Below, piece by piece: positions 1 through 17,858 of a stretch of 64,000 nucleotides of DNA. A program made the translations under genes and the position numbers. The notes below the pieces were generated by a model, which was not told the origin of the DNA, did no database searches, and saw only the letters and a program-made list of their open reading frames with translations. Source of the stretch: the human T2T-CHM13v2.0 reference genome, Homo sapiens; assembly GCF_009914755.1 (NCBI RefSeq), contig NC_060931.1; one strand, 5' to 3'. The stretch's first letter is position 1; the number at the start of each line of letters is the position of its first letter.

Positions 1-269
1 CTTTGCTTAAGACCGAGTATCTAGCCTAAAGCATGCCGAACTTCCAGACAAGCATTAGAGGCAAACAAAAAACTGTCCACAGATCACAGAGACTTGATGG
101 CCATGGTTAATTTACGACTGAGAGTTTTCAAATGTGAAATGTCTAGTGAGGTTTTGTAATAAAAATAGTGCAACTGTCAAGGAAACTGGGCTTGTTTCTG
201 TAGCATCTGAAACAAAGCAAAATGCCAATGAGAAAATTAGACAAAATATCTCTGGGGATAATAATTGTT

Positions 270-570
270 GTCAGATTGTTCACTGCTAACGTATAATATT
301 AAACATTATCTTATATTAAATATAATATTAAATATTGATCTTGTATCCTGCAACTCTGTTGAACTTGTTTATTAGCTCTAATAATTTTGTAAATGTGTAT
401 TCTTTCAGTTTTTTAATGTATAAAATCATGTCTTCTGCAAATAGAGACAGTTTTCTTCTTCCTTTCCAATCTGGATGTCTTCTATTTCCTCTCCTTGCAT
501 AAACGTCCTGGGTAGAGCCTCCAGCACAATGCTGAACAGAAGTGGAGAAAGCACGTATCCTGTCTTCATT
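270..570 (-). mobile_element. Old L1 (L1M-type) ORF2 fragment, antisense
   Basis: Resembles antisense L1 consensus (atcatgtcttctgcaaatagagacagtttt...tccagcacaatgctgaacagaagtggaga). Confidence 0.65.
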
Positions 571-1029
571 TTTCTTCTCTCTCTGCTTTATTCCCCTTAC
601 CGGAGAATCCTGACGGACCTATCTTCAGGTTTGCTGATTCTTTCTTCTGCTGCTCAAATATGCCGGTGAGCTTATCTACCAAATTTTCATTTCAGTTGCT
701 GTACTTTTCATCTGTAGAATTTCTATGTGGTTTCTCCTTATAGTTTCTTTTTATTGATATTCTGCTTCTACTGATTGATTGCTTTCTCCACCATGTATGA
801 ATTATACTTTCTTGCTTCTTGCATGTCTTCCGAATTTTGCGGCAACTCTGGAATCAGATTCTCTGCCCTTGCCAGGGCTGGCTGCTGGTGCTGCCAGCTG
901 TAGTTGTTTTTTACTTGTTTCATGACTTTTCTGAACTAATTCTGTAATGTTTGTGTCTCTGTTCTATGCAGCCACTGACGTTTCCACACGTTAGCCATGA
1001 GAAATACAAATTAAAAAGCACATAAGATT

Positions 1030-1745
1030 TAAAAAATGCTAAATATCATTAATTATCAGGGAAATGCAAATCAAAACCACAGTGAGATACCACCTTAATC
1101 CTGCCAGAATGGCCATAATTTAAAAGTCAAAAAATAACAGATGTTGGCGTGGATGTGGTGGAAAAAGGAACACTTTTACATTGCTCGTGGGAATGGAAAC
1201 TAGTACAATCACTACAGAAAACAGTACAAAGATTCCTTCGAGAACTGAAAGTAGAGCTACCGTTTGAGACAGCAATCCTACAGAGGAAAAGAAGTCATTC
1301 TACGAAAAAGACACGTGCACACGCATGTTCACAGCAGCACAATTTGCAACTGCAAAGATACGGAACCAGCCTAAATGCCCATCAACCGAGTGGATAAAGA
1401 AAATGTGGTCTCTATATATATATATATATCATAGAATACTACTCAGCCATAAAAAGGAATGAAATAATGGCATTTGCAGCAACGTGGATGGAGTTGGAGA
1501 CCATTCTTCTAAGCGAAGAAACTCAGGAATGGAAAAACCAGACATCTGACATCCTCACTTATAAGTGGAAGCTAAGCTATAAGGACACAAAGGTGTAAGA
1601 GGGATATAATGGACTCTGGGGACAGTGTACACTGCTCAGGTGACAGGTGCACCAAAATCTCAGAAACCACAACTAAAGAGCTTTTCCATGCAATCAAACA
1701 CCACGTTCCCCAAAAACTATTGAAATAAAAAATAAAATCCCATTA
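1030..1745 (+). mobile_element. L1PB/L1MA-type 3' end (ORF2 C-terminus, 3' UTR, A tail)
   Basis: gaaatgcaaatcaaaaccacagtgagataccacc...; 3' UTR tgtacactgctcaggtgac...aaaactattgaaataaaaa. Confidence 0.85.
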
Positions 1746-1889
1746 AAAAAATAAACTACTACTGATATAAACAATGAAGATCATAAAATGTAACTGGAAA
1801 TAATTTTTTGTCCCACAATAAGTCATTGTTTAAATTATGGTATATCCATCCAATGAAAAATCATGCAGTCATTAAAAAAAAAAATCCAC

Positions 1890-2826
<937 letters not shown>

Positions 2827-3054
2827 GAACAACAGTCAGTCTTACAGTAGTAGTCATGTATATTTTAATAATTTAAAAACTAAAGAAAATGACAAGCCAC
2901 AGACAGGGCAAAAATGTTGACAAGACATACACTGGATGAAAAACTTGTATCCAGAATAAAGAACTTGGAAAAATCAATAATAGAAAGAAAGCAAACCAAT
3001 ACAATTTCCCAAAAGACTAAGAACAGACACTTCCCAAGGAACAGATACAAAGCT

Positions 3055-3540
3055 ATGTTTATTGCGGCACTATTCACAATAGCAAAGACTTGGAACCAAC
3101 CCAAATGTCCAACAATGATAGACTGGATTAAGAAAATGTGGCACATATACACCATGGAATACTATGCAGCCATAAAAAATGATGAGTTCATGTCCTTTGT
3201 AGGGACATGGATGAAGCTGGAGACTATCATTCTCAGCAAACTATCACAAGGACAAAAAACCAAACACCGCATGTTCTCACTCATAGGTGGGAATTGAACA
3301 ATGAGAACACATGGACACAGGAAGGGGAACATCACACACCGGGGACTGTCGTGGGGTGGGGGGAGCGGGGAGGGACAGCATTAGGAGATATACCTAATGC
3401 TAAATGACGAGTTAATCGGTGCAGCACACCAACATGGCACATGTATACATATGTAACAAACCTGCACGTTGTGCACATGTACCCTAAAACTTAAAGTATA
3501 ATAATAATAAAAAAATAAAAATAAAAATAAAAATAAAAAA
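3055..3540 (+). mobile_element. 5'-truncated young L1PA (about L1PA3-4) inserted into an older L1
   Basis: Near-consensus ORF2 C-terminus (MFIAALFTIAKTWNQPKCP...MFSLIGGN*), L1PA 3' UTR and A tail; flanked by the duplication acaaagctat. Confidence 0.92.
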
Positions 3541-3568
3541 CAAAGCTATTAAGCAAAAGAAAGAACTC

Positions 3569-3887
<319 letters not shown>

Positions 3888-4319
3888 TCAACATATTCAC
3901 TGACTAGGGAACTGGTCATTAGGGAACGTGAGTTAAAGCCAAAAGTCGGTAACGCCACACAACCGCTGGAATAAATAAAGGATGTTTTAAAAATAAACAG
4001 CCACACCAAATACTGGTGAAAATATAATGCAAATGGAATCTCATACATTCCAGGTAGGAGCATAAAATCATACCACCACCTTGGAAGACAGTTTGGCAAT
4101 TTCTTATGAAGTTATACACGTACTCATTAAAAGGCCCAGCAATTTGACTTCTGGGTGCTCACTCGAGAGAATGGAAACATAGGAGCACATGAGATGTGGA
4201 TGTGAATTAACCACAGCTATACTCACAAGAGGCAGCTACTGGGAAACAACCCAGATGTCCTCGGACAGCAAACGGGGAAACAAACAAGCAGATTCGTACA
4301 AGTTAAAAATGAACCACTG

Positions 4320-4630
4320 GGCCGGGTGCGGTGGTTCACACCTGTAATCCCAGCACTTTGGGAGGCTGAGGCAGGCGGATCACCTGAAGTCAGAAGTTCG
4401 AGACCAGCCTGGCCAACATGGTGAAACCCTGTCTCTACTAAAAATACAAAAATTAGCCAGGCGTGATAGCGCACGCCTGTAATCCCAGCTAGTCGGGAGG
4501 CTGAGGCAGGAGACTCACTCGAACCCAGGAGGCGGAGGTTTCAGTGAGCCAAGATCACACCATGCCACTCCAGCCTGGGAAACAAGAGTGAAACTCCATC
4601 TCAAAAAATAAATAAATAATAAAAATAAAA
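4320..4630 (+). mobile_element. Alu (AluS)
   Basis: Full Alu consensus with A tail. Confidence 0.92.
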
Positions 4631-6369
4631 TATAATGTACCACTCATCTCCCCAAAACAGGGCTGAACCTCAAAAGCACTCTGTTGTCCAAAAGCAGGGC
4701 CAGGACAAGGGTGAAGCAAGAGAGATGCCGGCGTACAAACTTTCAGGAGGTGATTGCTCGGAGAATCTCACTCTTGGGGTGTGCAGTGTAGATCCCACAC
4801 TCTCTCGCCTCCCCCTAGTCCCAGCCCTGGGCAAAAGATGACAGCAATTTAAGAATAAACACAGTACAATTCCATTTATTTACAATTCAAGAACACACAA
4901 AACTAATTTATGGTAATAGAAATCAGAACAGTGCTTGTCTCCCGGGGGTAGGAATTGATTGAAGGGACGAGAAGGAACTTCCAGAGGTAATGGAAACTTT
5001 CTGCAGCCTGACGGAGGCAGTGATGACACAGGTGGTACATTTTCAATACTCACTCAATTATATACATAAGATCTGTCCATTTCACTGTATGTAATTATTA
5101 TCTCAAAAAAATGTTAAAGGAATAGATAGTTTCTTTTTTTAAAAGACCACATTGAATGCCACTGTCAAAGCAAGGGAACTGCATCTGGCAACACAAAGGC
5201 ATTTTCTAAGCCACGTGCATGCTTCTAGATTTTTTTTTTCCTTTTTTTAATGCTTCTAGATTTCTAAACAAGTTTCATGAGAGAGAGACCATTTTAATCC
5301 TGGGAAGCTAGTGTGACTGGGGATTGAGGTGGAAAAGGTGAGAACGTGACGGTCAGGGTGAGGAGAGAAAAAAATCGAAATAACAGGCGAGAATGCGTCC
5401 TCTACCTCCATTTGTCATCTAAGCCACCGGACTCACCCCCACCCCCAGCCTACCTGTTCAGGAGGCCCTTGGGCCAGGGTGGGCAGCATTTTCAGAGCCC
5501 TTGACCCCAGTCGGTCCATTAGGGAGGGTGCCTGAGAGCCTGAAAGCTACCAGGGCAGACAGATGAGCCTGCAGGCAGGAAGCACTGTCATCTGAAACAT
5601 CTGTCACAGAAAGCACTGTGCTAAGAATACAGCAGCTGACTTTAAGTAAAGGGCAAAAATCGGAAACACTAACAACATCAATGAATGTTATCAGAAAAAT
5701 GGGCAATCTTAAGTACTGTTAACAGAAGTATAATTTTGGAACGTAATTTGGCAAAAATTATTAAAGTGTTAAATATTCATACTCTATGTCTTAGCATTCC
5801 CATCAATAAAAAGAATGTTTCAGATACACTTAAAAAATATGTTTAATGAAATGGTATTCACTAAATCTGTGTGTTAATAGCAAAAAGAAAAAATTGGCAA
5901 CAACTGTAGTGTATGCTAATAAGGAAATAGTTAAAATATGTGCATTCTACGATGGAATAATGGCTACTAAAGAGTAAACACCAGACATTTCAAGTAACTC
6001 AATCCAAGGGAAAATAATATAACAATACAGGCCGTATGATGCCATTTGTTATGTACGTAAGACGTCCATGCACATAAAAATTATGTAAGGACTTATAGCA
6101 AACTGCTAATGTTAACCTGGGATACGGCAGAATTTGAAAAAGCAGAGAAATCCAAGAAAGTTTCACTTTAATTCTGTACTGTTTGAGCTTTCTTTGTAGT
6201 GAGGATGGATTTACATTATCCTGTACAATATTTTTGAAAAGCATGTCACAGAGCTGTAGGATCACATGTGAGTCCAACTTGTGAGCCTCTTCTCGCCTTG
6301 AGGGACTAAGCGCTAGGACAACAGTTCACTAAGTGTGGTCTGCAGACACCATTCTAGGCAGTCTTGTAA

Positions 6370-6691
<322 letters not shown>

Positions 6692-6720
6692 ATCAAAACT
6701 ATTTTCATAATAATACTAAG

Positions 6721-6960
6721 TGGATCACTTGAGGTCAGGAGTTCGAGACCAGCCTGGCCAACATGACAAAACCTCATCTCTACCAAAAAATACAAAAATT
6801 AGCCAGGCATGGTGGCGTACACCTGTGGTCCCAGCTACTGGGGAGGCTGAGGTGGGAGAATCACTTGAATCCAGAAGGTTGAGGTTGCAGTGAACCAAGA
6901 TCATGCCACTGTACTCAAGCCTGGGTGACACAGCAAGACTCTGTCTCCAAAAAAACAAGG
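6721..6960 (+). mobile_element. 5'-truncated Alu
   Basis: Starts tggatcacttgaggtcagg; right arm and tail present. Confidence 0.9.
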
Positions 6961-7834
6961 AATAATAATAATAAGCTATTATTTGCCTTTTTTCTTCTAA
7001 CTGTGCTGACATTTGAACTGAAGATACAAAAGCACTGATGGGTATAACACGTTAGCAAAACAAACCAGGGGCACCACGTGGGGTCTCGCTATGCTGCCCA
7101 GGCTGGACTGCAATGGCTACTGACAGGCACAATCACAGCTCCCAACAGCCACAAACTCCTGGGCCCAAGCCATCCTCCCACCTCAACTTTCCGAGCAGCT
7201 GGAACTACAGGAGTACTGGGCCCAGTTAAAATATTCACTTCATTAAATCTTAACCCCTTGATAAGATCTCAACATTCTGTGTGAAGAAATAGAAAGCACA
7301 TGTAAGACATTTCTGGTGCATACTAAAGTGCGATGGTTGGTCTTCCATGTTTGAGTTGTGAACTGAACTAGCCCTTTTTATGTAAAATATTTTACTTAAA
7401 AACTAACTGACCAACAATAGTTACTCAGGCTTGAGCATCTGGTAGACATTTTCTCAAAAACGAATTAAATAAACGTTATCATTTGAAAGAATACAACCAC
7501 GAGTATTTGTTGACAATAATAAAACTCAAGCTGCCAAACACATATCTAAATTCTTAAAAATTTGTATCTACCACCACAAGCTTGATGGATTCCTAACGTT
7601 TAAAGACTTTTCAATAACTTGTGGTGATTAGCTTGTAATTTCTTTAATAAGGCATAATAAAAGACCTACATAATTCAGTGCGTCGATATTTTCAAATGAG
7701 CAATGTATGATGTTACATAACCATGCATGGATAAAGGTCCATTCAAAGTGCAAGAGACCAATGAATTTTAGTACAACAGTTTGAAAAGATTATTCCGTAC
7801 CACAACTAACCTTCCAGAAACCACTACGTGTGGA

Positions 7835-10830
7835 ACACTTGCTGTTAAGATGTCAACACCGCCCAAAGCCATCTAGACGTTCAATGCAATCCCTATCAAG
7901 ACCTAACTAAATATTTTGCAGACATAGGAAAATCTATCCTAAAATTCATATGGAATCTCAAGGGACCCAAAGGTCCCTCGCCAAAGCAATCTTGAAAAGT
8001 TAGAACAAAGTTGAAAGAGTCACACTTTAAGTCAAAACTTACTACAAAGCCACAGTAATCAAAACAGTGTGGTGCTGACAGAATGACAGGCATATGGACC
8101 CATGAAATACAGTAGAGATCCCAGAAATAAACACTTTCGTATGCTCAAATAATTTTTGACAAAGGTGCCAAAACCATTCAATGAGGAATGGACAAGCTTT
8201 TCAACACATGGTGCTGGAAAACTGGTCTCCACATGCAAAAGAATGAAGTTGGGCCCTTAAACCATACACAAAAAATTAACCCAAAACAAATCAAAGACCT
8301 AAATGTAAGACCTAAAACTATAAAACTCTTAGAAAAAAACAGGGGAGAAGGTTTATGACATGGGATTTGGCACAGATTTCTTGGATATGACATCAAAGGC
8401 ACAGATAACAGCAAAAAAAAAATAGACAAATGAAATCTTGGTAAATTTTTAAATTTTAAATTTGTCAAAGGACACTATCAACAGACTGAAAACACAACCT
8501 ATAGAATGGGAGAAAATGTTTGGAAACCGTATCTGTAAGAGAAAAATATTCAAAACATACAAGGGAACTCCTAAAACAACAATGAAAATAACGCGATTCA
8601 AGAACAGGCGAAGAACCTGCATAGACATTTTTCCAAAGAAGACACACAACTGGCCAAGGAGCACATGCAACGGTGCTCCACACCACTAATCATTAGGGAA
8701 ATGCATATCAAAGCCAGAACAAGACACCACCTCACACTCATTAGGATGGCTACCACCAAAAAAAAAATCACATCACATGGTGATGATGTGGAGAAACTGG
8801 AACTCCTGTGCGCTGCTGATGAGAACGTAAAATGGTACAGCCACTGTGGAAAGCAATGTAGTGGCTCCTAAAATAGTTAAAAGTTGAACCACAGGATCCA
8901 GCAGGTTGAAAGCAGGGGCTCTAAGAGATATCTGCCCGCTCGTGTTCAGAGCAGCATTATTCACAGTAGCTACAATGTGGAAGCAACCTAAGTGTCCATC
9001 AACAGGTGACTGGATAAGAAGAACGGATCGTCTATCCATACAACAGAATATTACTCAGCCTTAGAAAGAAAGGACATTTTGGCACATGCCACAACATGGA
9101 TGATCCCTGAGGACATTATGTTAAGTGAAATAAGCCAGTCACATAAGGACAAATATTTCATGATTCTCCTTCTATGAGGTCCCTACTGTAGTAAAAAATC
9201 ACAGAGGCAGGAAGCAGAATGGTGGGTCCTAGAGCCAACGGGGGAGCACAGGGAGCGAGCGTTTAATGGGTACAGAGTTTGGCTTTGGGAAGATAAAGTT
9301 TTGGAGGTGGATGGTGGTGATGGTTGCACAGCAATATGAATGTTCTTAAAGCTACTGAACTGTACACTTAAAAACAGTTAACAGTCAATTTTATTGTATA
9401 TGTATTTGACCCAATACAACAAATCGGGGAAAAGAAAAGCATCCTCCTCAACCTGATGAACAGTATCTCGCAAGACCCTAAAACTAACCTCATGCTTCAG
9501 GAAAATCTAAACGCTTTCCCTCTAAGGCTGACAAGGCCAGGACAGCCATTCTCACCATGCCCAGGTAAAACTGCACTGGAGGTCCCAGTGAGTGCACTAA
9601 GGCAAGAAAAAATAAACGAAATAAAAAGTAAATGGGGGGAAAGAAAACAAACTGAAAGCTAAATCTAAAATTTATCTGAAAATAAAAAAACTAAAATAGC
9701 CAAGACAATTCTTACAAAGAAAAAGCTGGAGGGCTTACTATGTTCTTTCAAAGAGTATTAGGAAGTGACAGTAATTACGACCTTACCATACTGGAGAAAG
9801 GACAGACACATGATTCAATGAAAGAAGACCTCGAGCAAAGGCCCATGAATGTATGGCTGACAGGCTTTCATCAGAGGTGCCAAGGAAATTCAAATGGGAA
9901 ACAGACATACGTATTGTGGGGCAGGAAAGCGACCCTCAACTGTGACCACACTACACACAAAAATTAACTCAAAATTAACAGTAAAGTTAAAGCTAGAAAG
10001 TTTCTAAAAGCTTGGGTTAGGCAGATACAAAAAACACAAACCATAAAGAAAATGAATTGATAAATCAGACTTAGCAAAATTAAAAGTTTTTACCCTTCAA
10101 AAGACACTAAGAAAATGAAAAGGAAGCCACGTACCGGGAGAAAATATTCACCATACATCTGACAAAAGACTCTGTCATGAATATATATGGTACTCTGCCA
10201 ACTCAGAAGATGACAGTCCAATTAAAAAATGGGGAAAAGACTTTGAAAAGACACTTCACAAAAGAAGATATATGGCCGTCAAGTTAAGTACATGAGTAGA
10301 TGTTCAACATCATTAGTCACCAGGGCAACAGGAATGAAGGCCACAAGGAAATACCGCACACACCCACCAGGATGGCTAAAGTGAAGGTGGCCAATGAATG
10401 CATTCGGGATGCGGGGCCAGCGGAATTCAATGAAAGAGCTCGGGATGTGGGGCCAGCGGAATTCTCACACACGGGTGGCCAGGGGACAGAATTAGGCAGC
10501 CACTTTGGCTCATCAGCTTTTTCTAAAATTAAAACATACCATATCACCCAGAGGCCCCACTCCTAGGTATTATCCCAAGAGACAGGAAAACATACATAAA
10601 GAGACTTGAATACAAATGTTCACAGAATCTTTATCTGCAAGAGCAAAAAACCGGATTAAAAATTATGGTATATCCGTTCGATATAACAAGGACAACCGAT
10701 ACAAGCAACAAATGTGAATGAATGCTTTTCAGAAAACATTCTGCCAGTGAAATCACCAGACACAAATGACTGCATGACGTATGATTCCATTCCCACATAA
10801 TTCCAGACGAAACAAAACCACGGTGACAGC
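7835..10830 (+). mobile_element. Two tandem old L1M ORF2/3'UTR fragments (about 7835-9420 and 9440-10830)
   Basis: Decayed ORF2 (aaaattcatatggaatc..., aaaacagtgtggtgctg..., gcattattcacagtagc...) and an L1M-type 3' UTR. Confidence 0.8.
10392..10464 (+). repeat. 36-bp tandem duplication inside an old L1
   Basis: caatgaa...tcgggatgyggggccagcggaattc occurs twice. Confidence 0.85.
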
Positions 10831-11004
10831 CAGACTGAGGGCAAGTACGCTGGGAGCCTGTTACCTCCACCTGCCACTAGGAAGTCGCAACAGGCAGCAT
10901 GAGTCCAGACACAATAGCAAACAGCCCTCCTGGAAAAGTGGGATTTCTCAAAGAACAGGAACATGGCCCTTTGGAAATTTCTTGTTTATTTCACCTAATG
11001 GTCA

Positions 11005-12073
<1,069 letters not shown>

Positions 12074-13461
12074 TGATCGTGCATGCTCCTCTTCCATCTT
12101 CCGAAAGACAAGAGCTCTGAGTATTGAAAAACAATTCAGGAAAACTATCAGCCACCTAAGCCGGTAAAGCAGCAAAGATGAGAATGAAAGTGTGACTATG
12201 CCCCAGGCTCCTAGGGAACTGATTCTCCACAGAGTAAAGTTTTTTAAAAAATTCTAAGGAAGGGCGGGGAGAAGGGTGGTGTTTCTCCCCACCTCCCTCA
12301 TGCTCCTAAACTAACGTCATGCCCCAAGGAAACGAGAGAAAAGGATGTCATTAATAAATTTATACCAAGTTTCTTTTCAATGGTGCTGAAAAGTATATGC
12401 AAATCCATCTGTAATTAGGTTTAAAATTCCATTTCATGGGATAATCAGACTTCAAAAAACTCAATTTTAGTTTTAATCAGATTTTAACAAGGATATTAAG
12501 TCCATTTCGTTTAGAAAAGGAAAAAACTGTGAACTTAACACAAAATGTATTCAAGCTTAGCCCTGGGAGATAATTAAATAAAATTAATTTGGCAAGGGTT
12601 GTCAGTAAATGGAAGTGCTCCAAACAGTGGTTCACGTTTTTGATGGAGACAAAAGCAACTCCTCACAGTACAAATAGACCCGGAGCTCAGCACTCGTGGA
12701 GGAGGGTGGAGCCTCTTCCCAGGGGCAGGGAGGCTGGAAACCCTAACCCAACCCTCAGTCAGAACAGGGACTCACACGCCCCACAGGGAGCCCAAACTGA
12801 GGCTGACAGGTGCAGGCTCACAAACCATCGGCCCAAGCCACGCCCCAGCATACTCACTTGCCCAAGCAACCGGGGTGAGACAAGGGCCACCCAGCTCCGA
12901 CAGCCACCATGTCCTGGAGAGAAAGCGTCCCCGCCCAGAGGACGGTCCTTGTCCTAGAACAGCAAGGCCCTCCAACTCTTGGTCCTCAAAGCCCTTCCCC
13001 GCCTCCGCCCCCAGCACCACATTGCTGTGCTGAGTTTCAGCACAGGGACCGTGCGTCCTGCTCTCTGCTGCATCTCCCAGCCAGTATACACCACGGTACG
13101 TCATAAGCCCTCAACAAATATTTGTTGAATGGAACAGACGTGATCACAATATGTGCTCCTGGGAACCCTCGGCTACCAGAAAAAAAGGCGAGACAGAAAT
13201 GAGCACTTCTCAACCCTGGGAGCAAATTTATAAGGGTTTTATCCCTTCAAAATTATTACCAAGGGGTAACACGGCCGCGGGTAACTCCAGATTCCTCCGG
13301 AAAACCTCACTGTGCACTGCCAAGGCTCCAGCCAGAGCAGGTGCTGAGCCGCGATCCGGGAGACGCCAGTCTCACCCTAGGCTCTCTTCCACAACCACCC
13401 TCAGGCAAGGCCACACCGTCGCCCAACTGTCCCAAATCTGGAAAGGAAGAAACCACCATGA

Positions 13462-13860
<399 letters not shown>

Positions 13861-14382
13861 TCTGCATGGATTTTTTAAACCAAAATTAAATGGCTAGCCC
13901 TGTATCCTCAGGTAGGAGTTAGCAGGCATGGCCTTCAGGCCAAACCTACTCCCACCCCAGCTGTCTTGAAAATAAAGTCTTACTGGAACACAGCCATATC
14001 CATTCATTTACGCACTGTCTACAGCAGCTTTTGCACTAAAATCAGTGACAGTCCTGTTTCATCCTGGGTCATCTCAGTTTTCACATGAAAGGTCCCACCT
14101 CCCAAGCAAAACTCCTCAGTCTCAGACAAGCCGTGAGGGCTAATCACCCTATTCTGGGCTAGAAAGGCAGAGCCAACTAATTGTAACAGAGACCTTATGG
14201 CCCCCAAAGCTACAAAGTAAATATTTACTATTAATACCCAGCCCTTTACAGAAAAAACGTACCAGACTCTGCCCTAAATCCATCCCAACCTATCATAGGT
14301 ACCCACTGTTTAGTTACAGAAACTCAAAGAAAACCTAGCATACTAAATGATGAAACAAGAGAAAGTACCTTTTCTATTATTA

Positions 14383-14781
<399 letters not shown>

Positions 14782-17714
14782 TCAGCTAAGCTCTCGTAAA
14801 CAATAAAAACACCTAAACTAAAAGAAATGCTTGTAATAGCTACCAATGACACTCTTTTCAACTCAGTCTACTAAAAATACCTACTTTTCTTATCCGAGTC
14901 AATAAAAAGTGAGCTTTGATTTAAAGGAACCTAGTTGATACCTGCATTTTGTAATTGCAATCCTAATAAAAGGCAAAATACTCCTGAGACCTAATTGCAG
15001 TAAACGCTAGCAATGCAGGAAAAGTAAAAACTAGAAAGAGCAAATGGGAATACCAAGAATTGTGTGTCAAAATGTCCTCCAAATAGACTCGTAAATAATT
15101 CCTATCAGCTCAAAAGCAGACAAACAGCAGTGCTCTGAAAAATTACACGGGGTGGAAGCCTGCCCCTCCCTTGCTGTGGGAGGACTGTTTGATTCCATGA
15201 AACTGAAGAGTAGTTTGCACCTGATAAAAAATTAATTGCTAATCTTCTAACTCAGCCACCTCCGCGAACAAGATAGTATTGTGTTGCAGCCTCAGAAGTT
15301 AAACGCTTCCTCTCCCAAGTAATTACTGCTCTTACTCTACCTTGCAGAGAGCCTCCTCCCACTGAAAACCAAATCCCAGAACTGCCAGGAGGTGCTTGGC
15401 TCCCAGCAAAGGCAGGCAGGTCAGCCCTCCAGCAGGCTGGTAGGTCCTTCTTGCCAAAGTTCGGCTGGGAGCCATCAGGTCTGAAAGAGAAGCTATCAGC
15501 TGATGGGCTTCATGCCCGCACATGTGCTGAGTTCCGCTCAGGCTAAATGGATGGCAGCTCCCAACAGAATCCTTTCAGTGCCAGCATCGGGCTGATCAGC
15601 TCACAAAAATGCAGGATCCAGCTGCATGGCACCATGTGGCCAGCCAGATGGATGGAGGTTATTGAGGGCACAGCTCACCATACTCCAGGATCAGCCAAGC
15701 ATTCCGGCAACAGGGCCACAAATTCACTGGATGCCCTTGGGCCAGTCAGCCCCTCCCAGAACCCAGCTTAGTCCACAGGGTTCTGAGGAAGAACGAATGA
15801 GACGCTGATTATCAACAGGCTTTGTCAACTACACAGCAGCTCTCCAGAGCCAACCACCACCGTCAACAGTGCCATCCTGCCAGCAAAGTGAAGACCCTCT
15901 TGAGAACAGGCTCTGTCTTTAAACAAATAAACTCTAGAAACTCTTGTAAGCCACCTGTTTCCAAACCAGGGAAAACGTCTGGCCTTCATTCCCACCAGCG
16001 TCATTCATATCCAACAAGGCCGTCTCCAACTAAGATACTCCCGCAAAACGCTCCTGCGGCATCTTCCAAAAGATTGCATCTGAGGAGGCACCCCTGTTGT
16101 TTTCATTGTTTAAAGCTGTCTGTGTGTGTGCACTACGTGGGCAGACTGTGCTGTGCTCGTCACAGCGTCGCCAGAGCCAGCCCAAAGCCTGGCAAACGGC
16201 AGGTCTCCAAATAAATGTTCAGATGAACAAACAAACGAGCGTCTCCAAAATCACAGTGCTACCCACAGACACTGTGGTCACAAAGGAACAGGCATTCACC
16301 TGAAGAGGAAACAGAAAAACAGGGAGAGTCTGGCCTTCAACACGAACCCTCTTCAGAAGTCAGAAGGCCTCGGGCTCCCTGCTCACAGGAACAGTGCAGC
16401 TCAATTCTAACTCTCACTACAACGCGGCTGACTCCACGGCTCCTACTCCATGAGGCTCTCAACTGACAACAGGAAACACCGCCCACCCTCCCCACACTTC
16501 GGGGCTGCTGAAACCTGCAGCGGGTCAGACAGCCCCAGGGACTTCCACCAGCAGGGTCCTGCCAAGGCGCCAGGTCCTCGCCCTGCGAATTCAGTGAGGA
16601 AAGAGGCCCCTTCACAATTGGCGGATGTGCTCCTCCCTGATGAAGACCTTCTGCGGCTCCTGTGACCTGCAGGACGCGGTCCAAACCACCCTCAGGACAG
16701 GACAGATCCCTGCCAACCTGTCCAGCTTCTGCCACATCCCAGGAGAACTGTGGTTAGAACCAGCTGGAGCCACACAACACTGTCCGAACACGCAGCATCT
16801 GGCCAACCTGTGTGCTGCCAGCACCCACCCTATCTGGAACATGCTGCCAGCCTCTCAAGTGTCATCTCTTCAGGAGCCACGCTTGACCTAGCAGACATAT
16901 GCCCGGCTAGATCTGAGAGGACTGGAAAACAGCCCCTGACTTATAGCTGTATCCCCAGCACCCAGCACCAGGCCTGCACACCTATGTGTTCAAGAAGCAC
17001 TCACCAGTGAAGAAGAGGAAGAAACCCCACTGCTCTGGAGGCTTCTAGCCTCTCCTCACTCCTCCTCTCATCTCCCGCCCCGACCCACGCATCACTCCGC
17101 CGACGCCTGGTACACACGACGTGCACTGCACAGCCACCTTCTCCCTGCACACGGGCCCAAGCTGGGACACAGGCACGACCAGGACTGGCGGGCTGCAGAG
17201 CTCTCTGACCCGGTGAGGCACTGGCCCTCAGGCTCAAAGCCACCTGCAAACGCCAAAATCCCTCCAGACTCGGGCCAGCTGTCTGCTCCTCTGGCTCTGC
17301 CACTCCCCTAGGCCGGCTCATCCCTGCCCCTCACTGGGCAGGCCAGCCCTAGGGCTCCTCTAGGAGCCATGCAGGCCTGACATCGGCTGCTGTCTGACAC
17401 CTCCTTCTGGCTACATCACTGACACTTCAAACACACATTCCCAAAACAGAGTTCACAACCCCTCCCTGCCTGAGAGCCAAAACTGGTCCTAGCCCCCGGG
17501 TCCCAGCCCCCAGGTCCCAGCCCCCAGGCCCCAGCCTGTGACTGACCCCATCTCCCTGCACCCACAGGGCCCATCAGCCCCTCCTCTAAGAGCAGGCCTG
17601 GGAACAGGCCCAGGACGGGGCAACCACACCCAGTTCTGCCCCACAAGCGCCCCCGCTCATCCCAAGGTCCACCATGAGTTTGGGTTTTTTTTTTTTTTTT
17701 TGGAGGAAGGGTTA

Positions 17715-17858
17715 TCTTTATATTTTTATTTTTAAAAATAGAGATAGGGTCTCACAGTGTTGCCCAGGCTGGTCTTGAACTCCCAGGCTCAAGCGATCCT
17801 CCCACTTCAGGCTCCCAAAGTGCTGGGATTACAGGTGTGAGCCAAGGCACCCAGCCCA
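17715..17858 (-). mobile_element. FLAM / Alu left monomer
   Basis: Single reverse Alu monomer. Confidence 0.8.

Noticed and set aside
2914-3297. 127-aa ORF ending in the L1 ORF2p C-terminus
   Set aside because: Chance in-frame fusion of old L1 sequence with a 5'-truncated L1PA; not a gene.
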